This document shows, in pieces, positions 57,569 through 64,000 of a stretch of DNA of 64,000 bases (its first letter is position 1; every line of letters begins with the position of its first letter). The notes below the pieces were generated by a model. The model had not been told where the DNA came from. It searched no databases and saw only the letters and a program-made list of their open reading frames with translations. The stretch is taken from positions 372,001 through 436,000 of the forward strand of contig NIVC01000140.1 of NCBI GenBank assembly GCA_002269645.1. The letters run 5' to 3'. The position numbers and the translations under genes were made by a program. This DNA comes from Macrostomum lignano (lineage: Eukaryota).

Positions 57569-58205
57569 TCTCTCAGCTGGATCACTCTATCTGAAAACAG
57601 TCCATAGTCATCGCCCTGTTACTCGCGAGAGGAAGCTACACGCGTTTCTGAAGCTCGATTTGAACCATAGACTATGCGCTTTGACTCTTCTGAGTGAGTT
57701 GATTTTTCTTCTAGTTAGAGTGTTGCGTTTTAAATGTTGCTGAGTGTACACATTAATTTCGCATAGCAATTATGACAGCTATCACAGATTGTTTAATCAG
57801 TGCTCAGAAGATTTATTTTTTACGAGTAAAACAATAAACAAACAGACTTGGTGTTGTTCATGCGATAAGGCCTATACTAAAGTACAGATTGGCAGACTGC
57901 CAATATGGTTTTATACCAATCATAGAACAGACGAAGAGAAGAAAAAGATGAAGAACAAGGGCGTTCCGCTGAACATCGCCCATGATGGGCCTGCAGCCAA
58001 GCAAAATTGCTAAAAGCATTCAAAGAAGATTTCACAGATTTCACACTTTGCGTGCCAAACCTGCCCCAGAATGGTTTCTGTTAAGTGATCACTGAAACTC
58101 TCAGGTAAAAAGCGCTACTGATCAGCGGAAAGCTACAAGCAGTCAGTCATGTACAGAGGAATTCACGCGCAGAGGACGGACGGAGAAGCTGCGGCAGCCA
58201 GCAGC

Positions 58206-63692
<5,487 letters not shown>

Positions 63693-64000
63693 TCAGTTAT
63701 TTTTGGAGTGCAGCCACAAGTTGCCTCTTTTGTATTAATATTGAAAATTTTGGAGAATTCAAAGGCAGCAGCTATTATTAAAGCCATTAAATATGCATAG
63801 GACTTTATTTATATATTAGTAAAAAAAGTAGCAGTCACAAATAAATTTGTTTGTTTGACCTTTTCTGAAAATATTATAGCAAACAATTTCTTTTATTTAA
63901 ATTTACAACTTGATTAGATAAGATCATGTGATGAATAGGCAATTAGATAATAGCATGCACGGTAAGCAATTATTTAGGCCCTAGACAAACCTACTTGGAG

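Overview
Eukaryotic (metazoan) genomic DNA with GC-rich spliced exons, AT-rich spacers and many minisatellites. The style is reminiscent of a free-living flatworm such as Macrostomum, but this is inference only. Genes reconstructed by hand with phase-consistent GT-AG splicing are a TMEM272-like membrane protein, a secreted F-type-lectin-like protein, an intronless triple-TIR/Zn-finger protein, a BIR-BIR-UBA-RING IAP, an intronless divergent PP1-like phosphatase, ARMC9, NUBPL, an orphan protein with a degenerate KH-like domain, an FMRFamide-receptor-like GPCR, a GT32 glycosyltransferase and KIFAP3 (first exon not found in the window). Mobile DNA comprises a 2.67-kb internally deleted Gypsy/Mag-type LTR element (LTRs, PBS, PPT, 5-bp TSD), two LINE fragments, hAT- and P-type MITEs, and an inverted pair of Tc1/IS630-like relics. 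About 19 unrelated tandem arrays cover roughly 10 kb (~16%). The most unusual signal is that several arrays are built from the host gene's own exon-intron junction, which multiplies splice sites; in KIFAP3 this gives 11 copies of an AG-19 nt-GT pseudo-microexon.
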